A stretch of 64,000 nt of DNA from an uncultured Acidobacteriota bacterium. GTDB lineage: Bacteria > Acidobacteriota > Vicinamibacteria > Fen-336. Made by a program: the position numbers and the translations under genes. Shown here piece by piece: positions 55,240 to 64,000 of the stretch (positions are counted from its first letter, which is position 1; each line of letters opens with the position of its first letter). The notes below the pieces were generated by a model. That model had not been told where the DNA came from. It ran no database searches and saw nothing but the letters and a program-made list of their open reading frames with translations. The stretch is taken from NCBI GenBank assembly GCA_963720545.1, contig OY970399.1:1760001-1824000 (forward strand), read 5' to 3'.

Positions 55240-55293
55240 CGTGAAGACTCCTTGGTTGGTGATTTGCAGTCTAGCTCGCGGAGAATAGCGCTG

Positions 55294-56139
55294 ATGGCGC
55301 GATCGACGTTTCGCGGCGGCTACGCGGTCGAGGATGTGGCCAAGCTGCTTGGCGTGTCGCCGGCGCAGGTGCAGGCGTGGGTGCGCGCCGGCTTCGTGTC
55401 GCGCACCGCGGCGCAGCAACCGGCGCGTTTCTCGTTGCAGGACATCGTGCTGCTGCGCACCGCCAAGGAGCTGTCCGCCCAGGTCGCGCCGCGCAAGGTG
55501 AAGGAGGCGCTGCAGCGGCTGCGCGCGCAGCTGCCGAAGGGGCGGTCGCTGAGCGGCGTGCGCATCACCGCCGAGGGCGACGACATCGTGGTGCGCGACG
55601 GCTCGTCCGTCTGGGAACCGGCGTCGGGGCAGCGGCTCCTGCACTTCGAGGTGCGCGAGATCGCCAACAAGATCGCGCCGCTCGCGCGCAAGGCGGCGCA
55701 GGCCGCGCGTGCCTCGGGCGCCGAGCCGGGCCCCGAAGACTGGTACGAGATCGGCTGCGACCTCGAGGCGAGCGACCACGAGCAGGCGCGCGATGCCTAC
55801 CGCCGCGCGCTCGAGCTCGACCCCGGGCACGTCGGCGCGCGCGTCAACCTCGGCCGCCTGCTGCACGAGACCGGCTTCACCCGCGCCGCCGAGGCCCACT
55901 ACCGGCTGGCGCTGCTGGCACACGCCGGGCACGCGACCGCCGCCTTCAACCTCGGCGTGGCGCTCGAAGACCAGGACCGCCTCGAAGAAGCCGTGCAGGC
56001 CTATGGCCAGGCGCTCGCTTCCGACCCTGGCAACGCCGACGCGCACTACAACATCGCGCGCCTCTACGAGCGTCTCGGCCGCAAGGCGGCGGCGATCCGG
56101 CACCTGAAGGACTACCGTAGCCTCGTCGGCGGTAGATGA
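55294..56139 (+). CDS. MerR-like HTH + TPR-repeat protein
   Basis: YAVEDVAKLLGVS..W..AG..RFSLQDIVLLR; TPRs YRRALELDP, VNLGRL, FNLGVALED, HYNIARLYE. Confidence 0.82.
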   Translation: MARSTFRGGYAVEDVAKLLGVSPAQVQAWVRAGFVSRTAAQQPARFSLQDIVLLRTAKELSAQVAPRKVKEALQRLRAQLPKGRSLSGVRITAEGDDIVVRDGSSVWEPASGQRLLHFEVREIANKIAPLARKAAQAARASGAEPGPEDWYEIGCDLEASDHEQARDAYRRALELDPGHVGARVNLGRLLHETGFTRAAEAHYRLALLAHAGHATAAFNLGVALEDQDRLEEAVQAYGQALASDPGNADAHYNIARLYERLGRKAAAIRHLKDYRSLVGGR

Positions 56140-56834
56140 CAACGACGACGGCGCCGCTGGCGGCCGTCGCCGCGGACGTGATCGCGTGCGAACGCTGCCC
56201 GCGGCTGCGGGCGTGGTGCACCCTGGTCGCAAAGGTGCGGGTGAAGCGCTTCGCGGCCGAGACCTACTGGGGCCGGCCGGTGCCCGGCTTCGGCGACCCG
56301 CGCGCGCGGCTCTTCATCGTCGGGCTGGCGCCGGCCGCGCATGGCGGCAACCGCACCGGCCGGGTGTTCACCGGGGATCGCTCCGGCGACTTCCTGTTCG
56401 CGGCGCTGCATCGCGCCGGCTTCGCCAACCAGCCGACGTCGGTGCGCGCCGGCGATGGCCTGAAGCTGCGCGACTGCTATGTCGCGGCGCTCGCCCGTTG
56501 CGCGCCGCCGGCCAACAAGCCCGAGCCTGCGGAAATCCTCAACTGCCGCGAATACCTGTTGCGCGAATGGGCGGCGCTTGGCCGGGTGCGCGCCGTGCTG
56601 GCCCTCGGCAAGATCGCGCAGGACGGCTTCATCGCGGCCATGCGCCAGCTGGGCCGTGTGCCGCCACGGGGTGCCTTCGCCTTTGGCCACGGCGTGCGCC
56701 ACGACCTGGGCGACGGGCTGTCGCTCTTCGCTTCCTATCACCCGTCACAACAAAACACCTTCACCGGCAAGCTCACTACTGCCGGGTTCGACCGGGTTCT
56801 TGCGACAATCGGGAAACACCTGGAGCAAAAGTGA
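56136..56834 (+). CDS. udgB: Uracil-DNA glycosylase family 5 (UdgB)
   Basis: CERCPRL Fe-S motif, GLAPAAHGGNRTGRVFTGD, RCAPPANKP, YHPSQQNT; ATGA overlap. Confidence 0.92.
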   Translation: MTTTTAPLAAVAADVIACERCPRLRAWCTLVAKVRVKRFAAETYWGRPVPGFGDPRARLFIVGLAPAAHGGNRTGRVFTGDRSGDFLFAALHRAGFANQPTSVRAGDGLKLRDCYVAALARCAPPANKPEPAEILNCREYLLREWAALGRVRAVLALGKIAQDGFIAAMRQLGRVPPRGAFAFGHGVRHDLGDGLSLFASYHPSQQNTFTGKLTTAGFDRVLATIGKHLEQK

Positions 56835-57700
56835 GAAACCCTTCGATCGTCGCCGGAGCCTTCGCCCTGTCGCTCGTCACCGTCATGGGCGGCAGCGCCG
56901 CGGCCCGCGACGCGCCGCGCACCGCCACCTTCAAGTCGGCGAGCCTGGGCCGCGAGGTCGGCTATGTCGTCGACCTGCCCGATTCGTACGCCGCCGGCAC
57001 GCGTCGCTATCCGGTGATCTACGCGCTGCACGGGCTCTTCGAAAGCCCGGCGTTCTGGGAAGGCCGCGGGCTGGCGCCGATCTACCACGAGGCGGTCGAC
57101 CGCAAGGAATTCCCCGAAGCGATCGTGGTGGCCCTCGACGGCGGCAACTCGTTCTTCATCAACGGCCCGCTCGGCCGTTACGAGGACGCTGTGGTGCAGG
57201 ACCTGGTGGCGCAAATGGACGCCACTTACCGCACCATCCCGTCACGCGCGGGCCGCGTGCTGTTCGGCGTGTCGATGGGCGGCTACGGCGCGCTGCGCAT
57301 CGCCTTCGAGCACCCGGGGGTGTTCGGCGCGGTTGCCACCCACAGCGCGATGCTGCTGCAGCAGATTCCCACCGCGGAGGCGGGCGCGCGCGGCGGCCAG
57401 ATGCGCGCCTTCAACGCCGCCTTCGGCGACCCCATCGACGCGGCACTGTGGAAAGCAGCCGATCCGCTCGAGCTGGCGCAGCGCGCCGACGCCAGGGCGC
57501 TGCCGGCGCTCTACTTCGACTGCGGCTCGAACGACCGCTTCGGCCTGTTCGCCGGCAATACCGAGCTGCACCGCCGCCTCGAAGCGCGCGGCATCGCGCA
57601 CGAGTTCGCGCTGCAGCCGGGCGACCACGGCTACGAGTACGTGCGCTCGGTGCTGCCGCTCAGCCTGCGCTTCCTCGCGCAGCACCTGGCTGTCAAGTAG
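56831..57700 (+). CDS. Exported esterase (alpha/beta hydrolase, FrmB/antigen-85-like)
   Basis: YPVIYALHG, GVSMGGYGA, DCGSND, GDH; GTGA overlap. Confidence 0.85.
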   Translation: MRNPSIVAGAFALSLVTVMGGSAAARDAPRTATFKSASLGREVGYVVDLPDSYAAGTRRYPVIYALHGLFESPAFWEGRGLAPIYHEAVDRKEFPEAIVVALDGGNSFFINGPLGRYEDAVVQDLVAQMDATYRTIPSRAGRVLFGVSMGGYGALRIAFEHPGVFGAVATHSAMLLQQIPTAEAGARGGQMRAFNAAFGDPIDAALWKAADPLELAQRADARALPALYFDCGSNDRFGLFAGNTELHRRLEARGIAHEFALQPGDHGYEYVRSVLPLSLRFLAQHLAVK

Positions 57701-57702
57701 GC

Positions 57703-58554
57703 GTGGCGTTGCCGGCGGCTGCGCTTTGCGTCGCCGCCTTGCTGGCATTCGCGGCGAACTCGCTGCTGTGCCGCGCCGCTTTGGGTCCGGGGCTCGTGCT
57801 CATCGACGCCGCCTCGTTCACCACGGTGCGCATCGCGTCCGGAGCCGCGGCGCTGCTCGTGGTCGCGCTGCTGCGCCGCAGCCGGCCCGGGCATGGCAGC
57901 TGGGCATCCGCCGCGGCGTTGTTCGCGTATGCAATCGCCTTCTCGCTCGCGTACCGCCTGATACCGGCCGGCGCGGGAGCGTTCCTGCTGTTCGGCTCGG
58001 TGCAGGTGACGATGATCGGCACCGACCTGGTGCGTGGCGGCCGGCCGCGGCCCGCGGAGTGGGCCGGCTTGCTGCTGTCGCTCGGCGGCCTCGCGTACCT
58101 TGCCGCTCCCGGAGCGCAGGCGCTGAGCGCACGCGGCGCCTTGCTGATGGCCGCCGCGGGTGTTGCCTGGGGTATCTATTCCCTTCGCGGCCGCGGCACC
58201 ACCGACCCGGCCGGCGTGACCGCCGATAACTTCGTGCGCGCCGTGCCGCTGGCCCTCGCCGCGAGCCTCGTTTCTGGCGGCGTCACTGGACTGGCCGCTT
58301 CCGGCGCGCGCGGCCTGGCGCTGGCTGCAATCTCCGGTGCGGTCACGTCCGGCCTCGGCTACGTCCTCTGGTACGCGGCCTTGCGCAGCCTCAGCGCGAC
58401 GCGCGCCGCGGTGGTGCAGCTGTCGGTGCCGGTCCTGGCAGCGGCCGGCGGCGTGCTCCTCCTGGGCGAGGCGCCGAGCCCGCGCCTGCTGGCGGCGGCG
58501 CCCATCATCCTCGGCGGCGTTGCGCTCGCCGCCCTCCGCCGCGCCGGGCGCTAG
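57703..58554 (+). CDS. DMT/EamA-family transporter
   Basis: AFAANSLLCR, FTTVRIASGA, SGLGYVLWY, QLSVPV; about 10 TMs. Confidence 0.88.
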   Translation: MALPAAALCVAALLAFAANSLLCRAALGPGLVLIDAASFTTVRIASGAAALLVVALLRRSRPGHGSWASAAALFAYAIAFSLAYRLIPAGAGAFLLFGSVQVTMIGTDLVRGGRPRPAEWAGLLLSLGGLAYLAAPGAQALSARGALLMAAAGVAWGIYSLRGRGTTDPAGVTADNFVRAVPLALAASLVSGGVTGLAASGARGLALAAISGAVTSGLGYVLWYAALRSLSATRAAVVQLSVPVLAAAGGVLLLGEAPSPRLLAAAPIILGGVALAALRRAGR

Positions 58555-59717
58555 GCTTCGCGCAGCGCCGAGATGATCGGCAGGCGCGCGCCGCGCACCG
58601 CCGGCAGCAGCCCGCCGATGAGGCCCATCAGCGCCGCGAACACCAGGCACGAGACGACGATGCCCGGGGTGATGCGGAAGGCGAACGCAATCTCGCTGAA
58701 GCTCGAGGTCTGGCCAGTGCCGCTCGCGTAGCCGTTCATCGGCAGCGCCAGGATGCAGCCGAGCACACCGCCCACCACCGCGATGAACAGCGACTCCAGC
58801 ACGAAGGTGAAGAGGATGGCGATGCGCGAGAAACCGAGCGCGCGCAGGGTGCCGATCTCGCGGGTGCGCGCGGCGATCAGCGCGTACATGGTGTTCATCG
58901 CGCCGAAGATGGCGCCGACGCCCATGATGAAGGCGACGCCGCCCGCGAGGCCCTTCATCAGCACGGCGACCGGGCCGGCCTGGTCGTCGTAGTACTTGCG
59001 TTCCTGCACGGCCTTCAGCTTGAGCTGCGGGTTGGTGCGGATGAAACTGTCGAGCGCCGGCAGGTCGGCGGCGTCGGCGAGCCGCACCACCAGCACGTTC
59101 ATGCCGCCCTGGCGCTGGAAGGCCGGGCCGACGACGTCGAAGTCGCCCCAGATCTCGCTCTCGAAGGCGCCGCCGTGCGAAGCGAAGACGCCTACCACCT
59201 TCCACTCCTTGCCGTTCAGGACCACGGTCGAGTCGAGCCCGAGGCCGCGAATGCGGCCCGTGATCTGCGTGCCGACGATGATCTCGTTGAGGCCGGGCGT
59301 GAAGTTGCGGCCGCGTTCGATGACGATGCCGTCGCGCACCGCGAACGCCTTTTGCGTGACGCCGCGCAGGGTGACGTTGGTCGGGTTGCCGTCCATCTTT
59401 TCCTTGTTGGCGACCACCACCACCTCGCGCGAGGCCAGCGGCTGGCCGTCGGCGCCGCGCGCCACGCGCGGATCCACGGCGAGCAGGTTGCCCTGGTCGA
59501 GCGGCACCGCCGAGGTGAGTTCGGACCCCGAGCCGCGCTGCACGATGACGGCGTTGTCGGTGCGGCCCGTGGAGCGCAGCGCGTAAGTGAAGCCCGCGGA
59601 CATGGCCATGAGGATGGCAAACACCGCCACCACCAGCGCGATGCCGAGGATGGCGAGCAGCGTCACCTGCCAGCGGCTGCGGACGTTGCGGATGTTGTAG
59701 GAGATGGGAAGTGCCAT
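58551..59717 (-). CDS. ABC permease (MacB/FtsX family)
   Basis: GRNFTPG..EIIVG, NTMYA..RTREIGTLRALGF. Confidence 0.9.
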   Translation of the reverse strand: MALPISYNIRNVRSRWQVTLLAILGIALVVAVFAILMAMSAGFTYALRSTGRTDNAVIVQRGSGSELTSAVPLDQGNLLAVDPRVARGADGQPLASREVVVVANKEKMDGNPTNVTLRGVTQKAFAVRDGIVIERGRNFTPGLNEIIVGTQITGRIRGLGLDSTVVLNGKEWKVVGVFASHGGAFESEIWGDFDVVGPAFQRQGGMNVLVVRLADAADLPALDSFIRTNPQLKLKAVQERKYYDDQAGPVAVLMKGLAGGVAFIMGVGAIFGAMNTMYALIAARTREIGTLRALGFSRIAILFTFVLESLFIAVVGGVLGCILALPMNGYASGTGQTSSFSEIAFAFRITPGIVVSCLVFAALMGLIGGLLPAVRGARLPIISALREA

Positions 59718-59727
59718 TGGTCCTGTC

Positions 59728-60960
59728 CTAGACGGTGCGGAACAATTCGGTGATGCGGGCGCGATAGGCGTTCATCGCCGGCACGATCCCCGCGAGCAGG
59801 CCCAGCAGCAGCGCCGCGCCGAAGCCGATGGCGGCGACCGCCGGCGTCAGCGTCAGGCCGGAGAGGCCGAAGCCGGAAAGGAAGGTGGTGATGGCCGGCA
59901 CCGTCTGGAAGACGAAGAACAAGCCGCGGCTGCTGGCAAGGCCCAGGAGCCCGCCGAGCGCGCCGATCAGCAGCGCCTCGGCCACCACCAGCGTCATCAC
60001 CAGGCCGCTCGAGAAGCCGAGCGTCTTGAGGACGCCGATCTCGATGCGGCGCTCGCGAATCGCCATGCCCATGGTGTTGGCCGTGACCAGCAGGATGGTG
60101 AAGCAGACCGCGAGGCCGATGGCGTTCAGCAGCAGCGCCAGGTTGCCGGCCATGGAGATGAAGCCGGCCTTGAACGCCGATTCCGTCTCGGTGTGGGTCT
60201 CGGCATCGCTGTTGGCGAAGGTGGCGTCGACCGCCTTGCTCACGTTGCCTGCCTGCGTGGCGTCGTTGATGTCGATCGTGAAGGTGCCCGCCTGGATCTG
60301 CCGGCCGGTCGCTTCGTAGAGGTACTTGTAGTGGAAGAACATCAGGTTGGTGTCGGTGCCCGGGTACTTGCCGGGGTCGCTGTCGAAGATCGCCTTCACC
60401 ACGAACTCGAACGGCCCGCTCTCCTTGCGATACGGCGGGATGAAGCTCTCGAGGTGGAACGTGTCGCCGACCTTCCAGCTGTACTTGTCGGCGAGCTTGC
60501 GGCCGATGACGGCGCCGCGCTGGTCGGTCATGAATTCGCGCCATTGGTCGGGCGGCACCTGGTACTCGGGATACATCGCGAAGTACGTGTCCTCCGGCTC
60601 GATCGCCATGCTGGGCACGAACGACGACCAGTCCATGCCGGTGTCTTCCTCGTCGGACTTGCCTTCCTTCTTCGTCGGCAGCGAACCGCCGAACCAGTTG
60701 AGCGTGGCGACGCTCTTCACGCCCGGCACCGCCTGGATGCGCGCGGCGTAGGACAGCGGCAGCTCGTTCGTCAGGCCGACCGCATGGCGGGTGACGAGGC
60801 GGCTGGCGCTCGAGGCTTCGAGCTGCACCTTGATCGCGGCCAGGAACGACTGCAGCGTGCAGAACAGGAAGATGCACACGCCCATCGCCACCACGGTGCT
60901 GAGCGTGCGGATCCAGTTGCGGCGCAGGTGCTTGAAGACGTACGGCGCAAATTTGGTCAT
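59728..60960 (-). CDS. ABC permease (MacB/FtsX family)
   Basis: RRNWIRTL, ANTMGMAIRERRIEIGVLKTLGF. Confidence 0.9.
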   Translation of the reverse strand: MTKFAPYVFKHLRRNWIRTLSTVVAMGVCIFLFCTLQSFLAAIKVQLEASSASRLVTRHAVGLTNELPLSYAARIQAVPGVKSVATLNWFGGSLPTKKEGKSDEEDTGMDWSSFVPSMAIEPEDTYFAMYPEYQVPPDQWREFMTDQRGAVIGRKLADKYSWKVGDTFHLESFIPPYRKESGPFEFVVKAIFDSDPGKYPGTDTNLMFFHYKYLYEATGRQIQAGTFTIDINDATQAGNVSKAVDATFANSDAETHTETESAFKAGFISMAGNLALLLNAIGLAVCFTILLVTANTMGMAIRERRIEIGVLKTLGFSSGLVMTLVVAEALLIGALGGLLGLASSRGLFFVFQTVPAITTFLSGFGLSGLTLTPAVAAIGFGAALLLGLLAGIVPAMNAYRARITELFRTV

Positions 60961-60972
60961 TGCTGCATCCCG

Positions 60973-61644
60973 CTAGTTGGTGAGAAGCCCTTTTTCGAGG
61001 TGCTTCTGCGTATGCGCGCGTTCCGCGGCGCGCGGGTCGTGGGTCACCATGATGATGGTCTTCTTGAAATCGCGGTTCAGAAGGCCCATCAGGTCGAGGA
61101 TTTCGGTGGCGCTCTTCGAGTCGAGGTCGCCGGTGGGCTCGTCGGCCACCAGCACCTTCGGGTCGGTGACGATGGCGCGGGCGATCGCGACGCGCTGCTC
61201 CTGCCCGCCGGAGAGCTGCCGCGGGTAGTGGCTCGAGCGATCGGCGAGGCCGACCACCTTGAGCGCGGTCAGCGCCCGCTTTTGCCGCTCGCTCTTCCCC
61301 AGGTGCGTGAGCAGCAGCGGCAGCTCGACGTTCTCGACCGCGGTGAGCACCGGGATGAGGTTGTAGAACTGGAAGATGAAGCCGACGTTCTGCGAGCGCC
61401 ACTTCGCGAGCGCGCCCTCGCCGAGCGCCCCCACGTCGGTGCCCGCCACCGTCACCTTCCCCGAGCTCGGCTTGTCGATGCCGGCGATCAGGTTCAGCAG
61501 CGTCGTCTTGCCCGAGCCGGACGGCCCCATGAGCGCCACGAACTCGCCTTCTGGCACCGAGAGGCTGAGCCCGTCGAGCACCTTGATCTCCTGGCTGTCG
61601 CGGCGGTAGATCTTGCGGACTTCCCTGACGTCGACGAGGCTCAT
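60973..61644 (-). CDS. ABC ATP-binding protein (LolD/MacB type)
   Basis: GPSGSGKTT, LSGGQEQR, ADEPTG, VTHD. Confidence 0.95.
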   Translation of the reverse strand: MSLVDVREVRKIYRRDSQEIKVLDGLSLSVPEGEFVALMGPSGSGKTTLLNLIAGIDKPSSGKVTVAGTDVGALGEGALAKWRSQNVGFIFQFYNLIPVLTAVENVELPLLLTHLGKSERQKRALTALKVVGLADRSSHYPRQLSGGQEQRVAIARAIVTDPKVLVADEPTGDLDSKSATEILDLMGLLNRDFKKTIIMVTHDPRAAERAHTQKHLEKGLLTN

Positions 61645-62855
61645 GACTTCACCTTCACACGATCACCGTCCTTGAGTGTTGCGGCCGGGCTCGACACCAG
61701 GGCTTCGCCGCCGGCCAGTCCTTCGCGCACGACCACCTGGCCGCTGCGCTCCCCGCCCAGCGTTACGCGCCGGGCATACACCTTGTCTTCGCGGATCTCG
61801 AAGACGACGCTGCCGCCGTCCTTCGTCACCACCGCGGCCTTCGGGATGGTGAGGATGCGCGCCGCGGGCGAAGCCGCCGCCTGGCCCGGCGCATCCGCTT
61901 TTGCGGGCTCGAGGAACGTGACGCGTGCGCTCATCTCCGGCCGCAGGTCCTTGTCCTTGTCGAGGATCGTCACCTTCACCTGCACGGTCGCCTTGGTGCG
62001 GTCGGCCGTGGGGATGACCTGGCGCAGCACCGCCTTGTACTTGCGGTCGGGGAACGCCTCTGCGGTGACCTCGGCCGGCTGCCCGTCGCCGAGCTTCGCC
62101 ACGTTCGACTCGTTGACGTCCGCTTCCACCTCGAGCGTCGCCAGGTCGGCGAGCGCGACGATGGCGCCCGAGGAAGTGGAAATGTTGACGCCCGGCGGGA
62201 TGGGCGCGACCGACTCGCCGACCTCGGCCATCTTCTTTAGGACCACGCCACTGAACGGCGCGCGGATGTTGGTGTTCGCGAACTGCGCCTCGTCGTAGCC
62301 GACCCGCGCGTGCGCCTCGGCCACCGCCGCCTGCGCCAGGCTCACCTTGCTGAGCGAGGCGTCGAGCTGGTCGCGCGAGACGATCTGCTGCCGTTCGAGG
62401 TCTTGTGCAAGCCGCAACTGGCGCTGCGCCTCGCCGAGGTCGGCCTGCGAACGCACCACCGCCGCCTTCGACATCGCCACCGCCGCCGCGTACTCGGCGC
62501 TTTCGAGCCGCGCGATGATCTCGCCCTCGCGCACCGCGCTGCCCTCCTCCACGCGCAACTCCGCGAGCCGGCCCTGGATCTTGGCCGACACCACCGCCTT
62601 GCGGCGGGCGACCAGGTAGCCCGATGCGGTCAGCACCGGCGTGCCGGCGGAAGGTGCGGCACCCGAGGCGGCGACTGCCGGCCGCACCACTTCGACCTCG
62701 ACCGCCGACCACGCCTGGCGCAGGCGCAGGCCGTAGAGCGCCAGAAGTCCCAGGATGACGGGAATGAAGAAGAGCAGCGGCCAGCGCCAGGGACTGCGAC
62801 GCGCCTCGTTCCTTTCGATGCTCAGCGACGCAAGGTCGCCTTTCAGATCTTGCAA
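61641..62855 (-). CDS. Periplasmic adaptor (MacA-like membrane fusion protein)
   Basis: LTASGYLVARR, IRAPFSG, LRPEMSARV; TTG start with AGGAG RBS at 62869-62865. Confidence 0.88.
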   Translation of the reverse strand: MQDLKGDLASLSIERNEARRSPWRWPLLFFIPVILGLLALYGLRLRQAWSAVEVEVVRPAVAASGAAPSAGTPVLTASGYLVARRKAVVSAKIQGRLAELRVEEGSAVREGEIIARLESAEYAAAVAMSKAAVVRSQADLGEAQRQLRLAQDLERQQIVSRDQLDASLSKVSLAQAAVAEAHARVGYDEAQFANTNIRAPFSGVVLKKMAEVGESVAPIPPGVNISTSSGAIVALADLATLEVEADVNESNVAKLGDGQPAEVTAEAFPDRKYKAVLRQVIPTADRTKATVQVKVTILDKDKDLRPEMSARVTFLEPAKADAPGQAAASPAARILTIPKAAVVTKDGGSVVFEIREDKVYARRVTLGGERSGQVVVREGLAGGEALVSSPAATLKDGDRVKVKS

Positions 62856-62989
62856 AACGTAGTGCTCCTGACGTGCGTGCGGGCCAAAGAAATGAAGTGT
62901 ACCGGGAATGGCGGGTGCCCTGTCGAAATGGACTACGACAGGCAGCCCCGCGGCGTTCGACGAAACCGACCTTGGTCCCCGAGGCCTCT

Positions 62990-64000
62990 TTAGCCGAGGA
63001 GCTCGTGCCGGTAGCACCACCGCCACGCCTCACCCGGCTCGAAGCTGCGCATCACCGGGTGGCCGCTGCGGTGGAAGTGGCGGTCGGCGTGACGCGCCTC
63101 GGACGAGTCGCAGCAGCCGACGTTGCCGCAGGCGAGGCACAGCCGCAGGTGCACGGTTTTGGTGCCCTCCGCGACGCAGTCGGGGCAGCCCGCGGGAGTC
63201 AGCGGCACAACCGCCGACGGCGCCGCCTGCAGGTCGGCGCAGGCACCGGCCTGCCGCGCCGAGGTGACGAGCTCGGTCTTGCGCTCCTCGCGGTCGTGCG
63301 CTTCGATGCGGTCGAGGGTCGACTCCTCGATGTCGAGGTTCGCCATCACCTCCTCGAGGATGTCGTGGTCGATCGTCTGGCCGCGGCGCACGCGCAGCAC
63401 CTCGGCGCGCTCGGCGGCGAGCATCGCGGTGCGCAGCCTGACGTATTGCTCGCTCGGGGTCTCGCCGCCTGTGCCGGAGCGGCCCAGCCGCTCCCAGACG
63501 ACGTTGGCGCGCATCTGCCCGCGGGCGCGCAGCGATTCCACCACCTTCGCGTCGTCGCCCGGCTGCTGGCTGCGCTCGAGGGTCTCGATGCCCTTGCGCA
63601 CGGCGCCTTGCAGCACCGACGCCATCTGCAGCGCGTCCTCGCGCGGGTCCGGCCCCCGCAGCCCCAGCCGGCGAGCCGCCCACGGCAGCGTCAGACCCTG
63701 CAGCAGCAGCGTTCCCGCGGTGACGCTCATCGCGGCAAGCACCAGGATGTCGCGGTGCGGTGTCTCTTCCGGCAGCACGAACACAGCGGCGAGCGTCACC
63801 ACCCCGCGCATGCCGGCCCACGAGACGATGGCGACCGAACCCCACGAGACCTCCTGGCCGCGCAGGCCGAGGAAAGCGGCCGCCGCGCAGACGAACGCCG
63901 GGCGCACGAGAATCACGACCGCGAGCACGGCGCCGCAGAAAACGGCGATCTCCCGGAACGACAGCTCGGAGCGCGTGACGTTGGCGACGATCCAGCGGCC
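62990..64000 (-). CDS. CPA1-family Na+/H+ antiporter with a C-terminal UBP-type zinc finger (5' end outside the window)
   Basis: WAGMRGVVTLAA, TLLLQGLTLP; C-terminal CPDC..HLRLCLACGNVGCCDSS..HA..HF..HP..W.WCY; frame stays open to the window edge. Confidence 0.88.
   Translation of the reverse strand, partial: GRWIVANVTRSELSFREIAVFCGAVLAVVILVRPAFVCAAAAFLGLRGQEVSWGSVAIVSWAGMRGVVTLAAVFVLPEETPHRDILVLAAMSVTAGTLLLQGLTLPWAARRLGLRGPDPREDALQMASVLQGAVRKGIETLERSQQPGDDAKVVESLRARGQMRANVVWERLGRSGTGGETPSEQYVRLRTAMLAAERAEVLRVRRGQTIDHDILEEVMANLDIEESTLDRIEAHDREERKTELVTSARQAGACADLQAAPSAVVPLTPAGCPDCVAEGTKTVHLRLCLACGNVGCCDSSEARHADRHFHRSGHPVMRSFEPGEAWRWCYRHELLG

Noticed and set aside
62919..62942. 7-10-7 inverted repeat CCTGTCG...CGACAGG upstream of the MFP gene
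   Set aside because: Short and GC-rich with no U-tract; could be chance.
1..64000. Prophage, defence island, IS, tRNA or rRNA
   Set aside because: No integrase, transposase, phage, restriction/defence or structural RNA signature was recognised by eye. tRNAscan-SE, Infernal and DefenseFinder would be needed to exclude them formally.

Overview
A very GC-rich, gene-dense bacterial chromosomal segment with about 54 CDSs. A PadR + ADOP-type permease pair suggests Acidobacteriota, possibly Vicinamibacteria (inference). I found no rRNA, tRNA, CRISPR array, integrase or transposase. In order, the window holds: an Lhr helicase-Nei glycosylase pair; a ~620-bp non-coding repeat/palindrome element; a minus-strand run of RND efflux genes and exported hydrolases, including two tandem sulfatase-fold proteins with a non-canonical T-x-P-S-H motif; a DUF962 + PQQ sugar dehydrogenase pair; the glyoxylate shunt (aceB-aceA) opposite a RamB-type regulator; a divergent pseudokinase/non-RD kinase pair sharing a palindromic -10; accD; LemA-TPM-TPM; DDAH; a PIG-L deacetylase; an orphan extended MglA-like GTPase; a Ser/Thr kinase-PEGA-TonB fusion; PadR-ADOP; a GldAFG-like ABC operon; Ku (no LigD in the window) near a MerR-HTH/TPR gene coupled to a family-5 UDG; a MacAB-like ABC exporter; and a truncated Na+/H+ antiporter with a zf-UBP tail. 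The best candidates for undescribed systems are the Ku/MerR-TPR/UdgB repair neighbourhood, the pseudokinase-kinase pair, the kinase-TonB fusion, the extended MglA and the 5.56-6.14 kb repeat element. All family assignments come from motif recognition by eye, not database searches.
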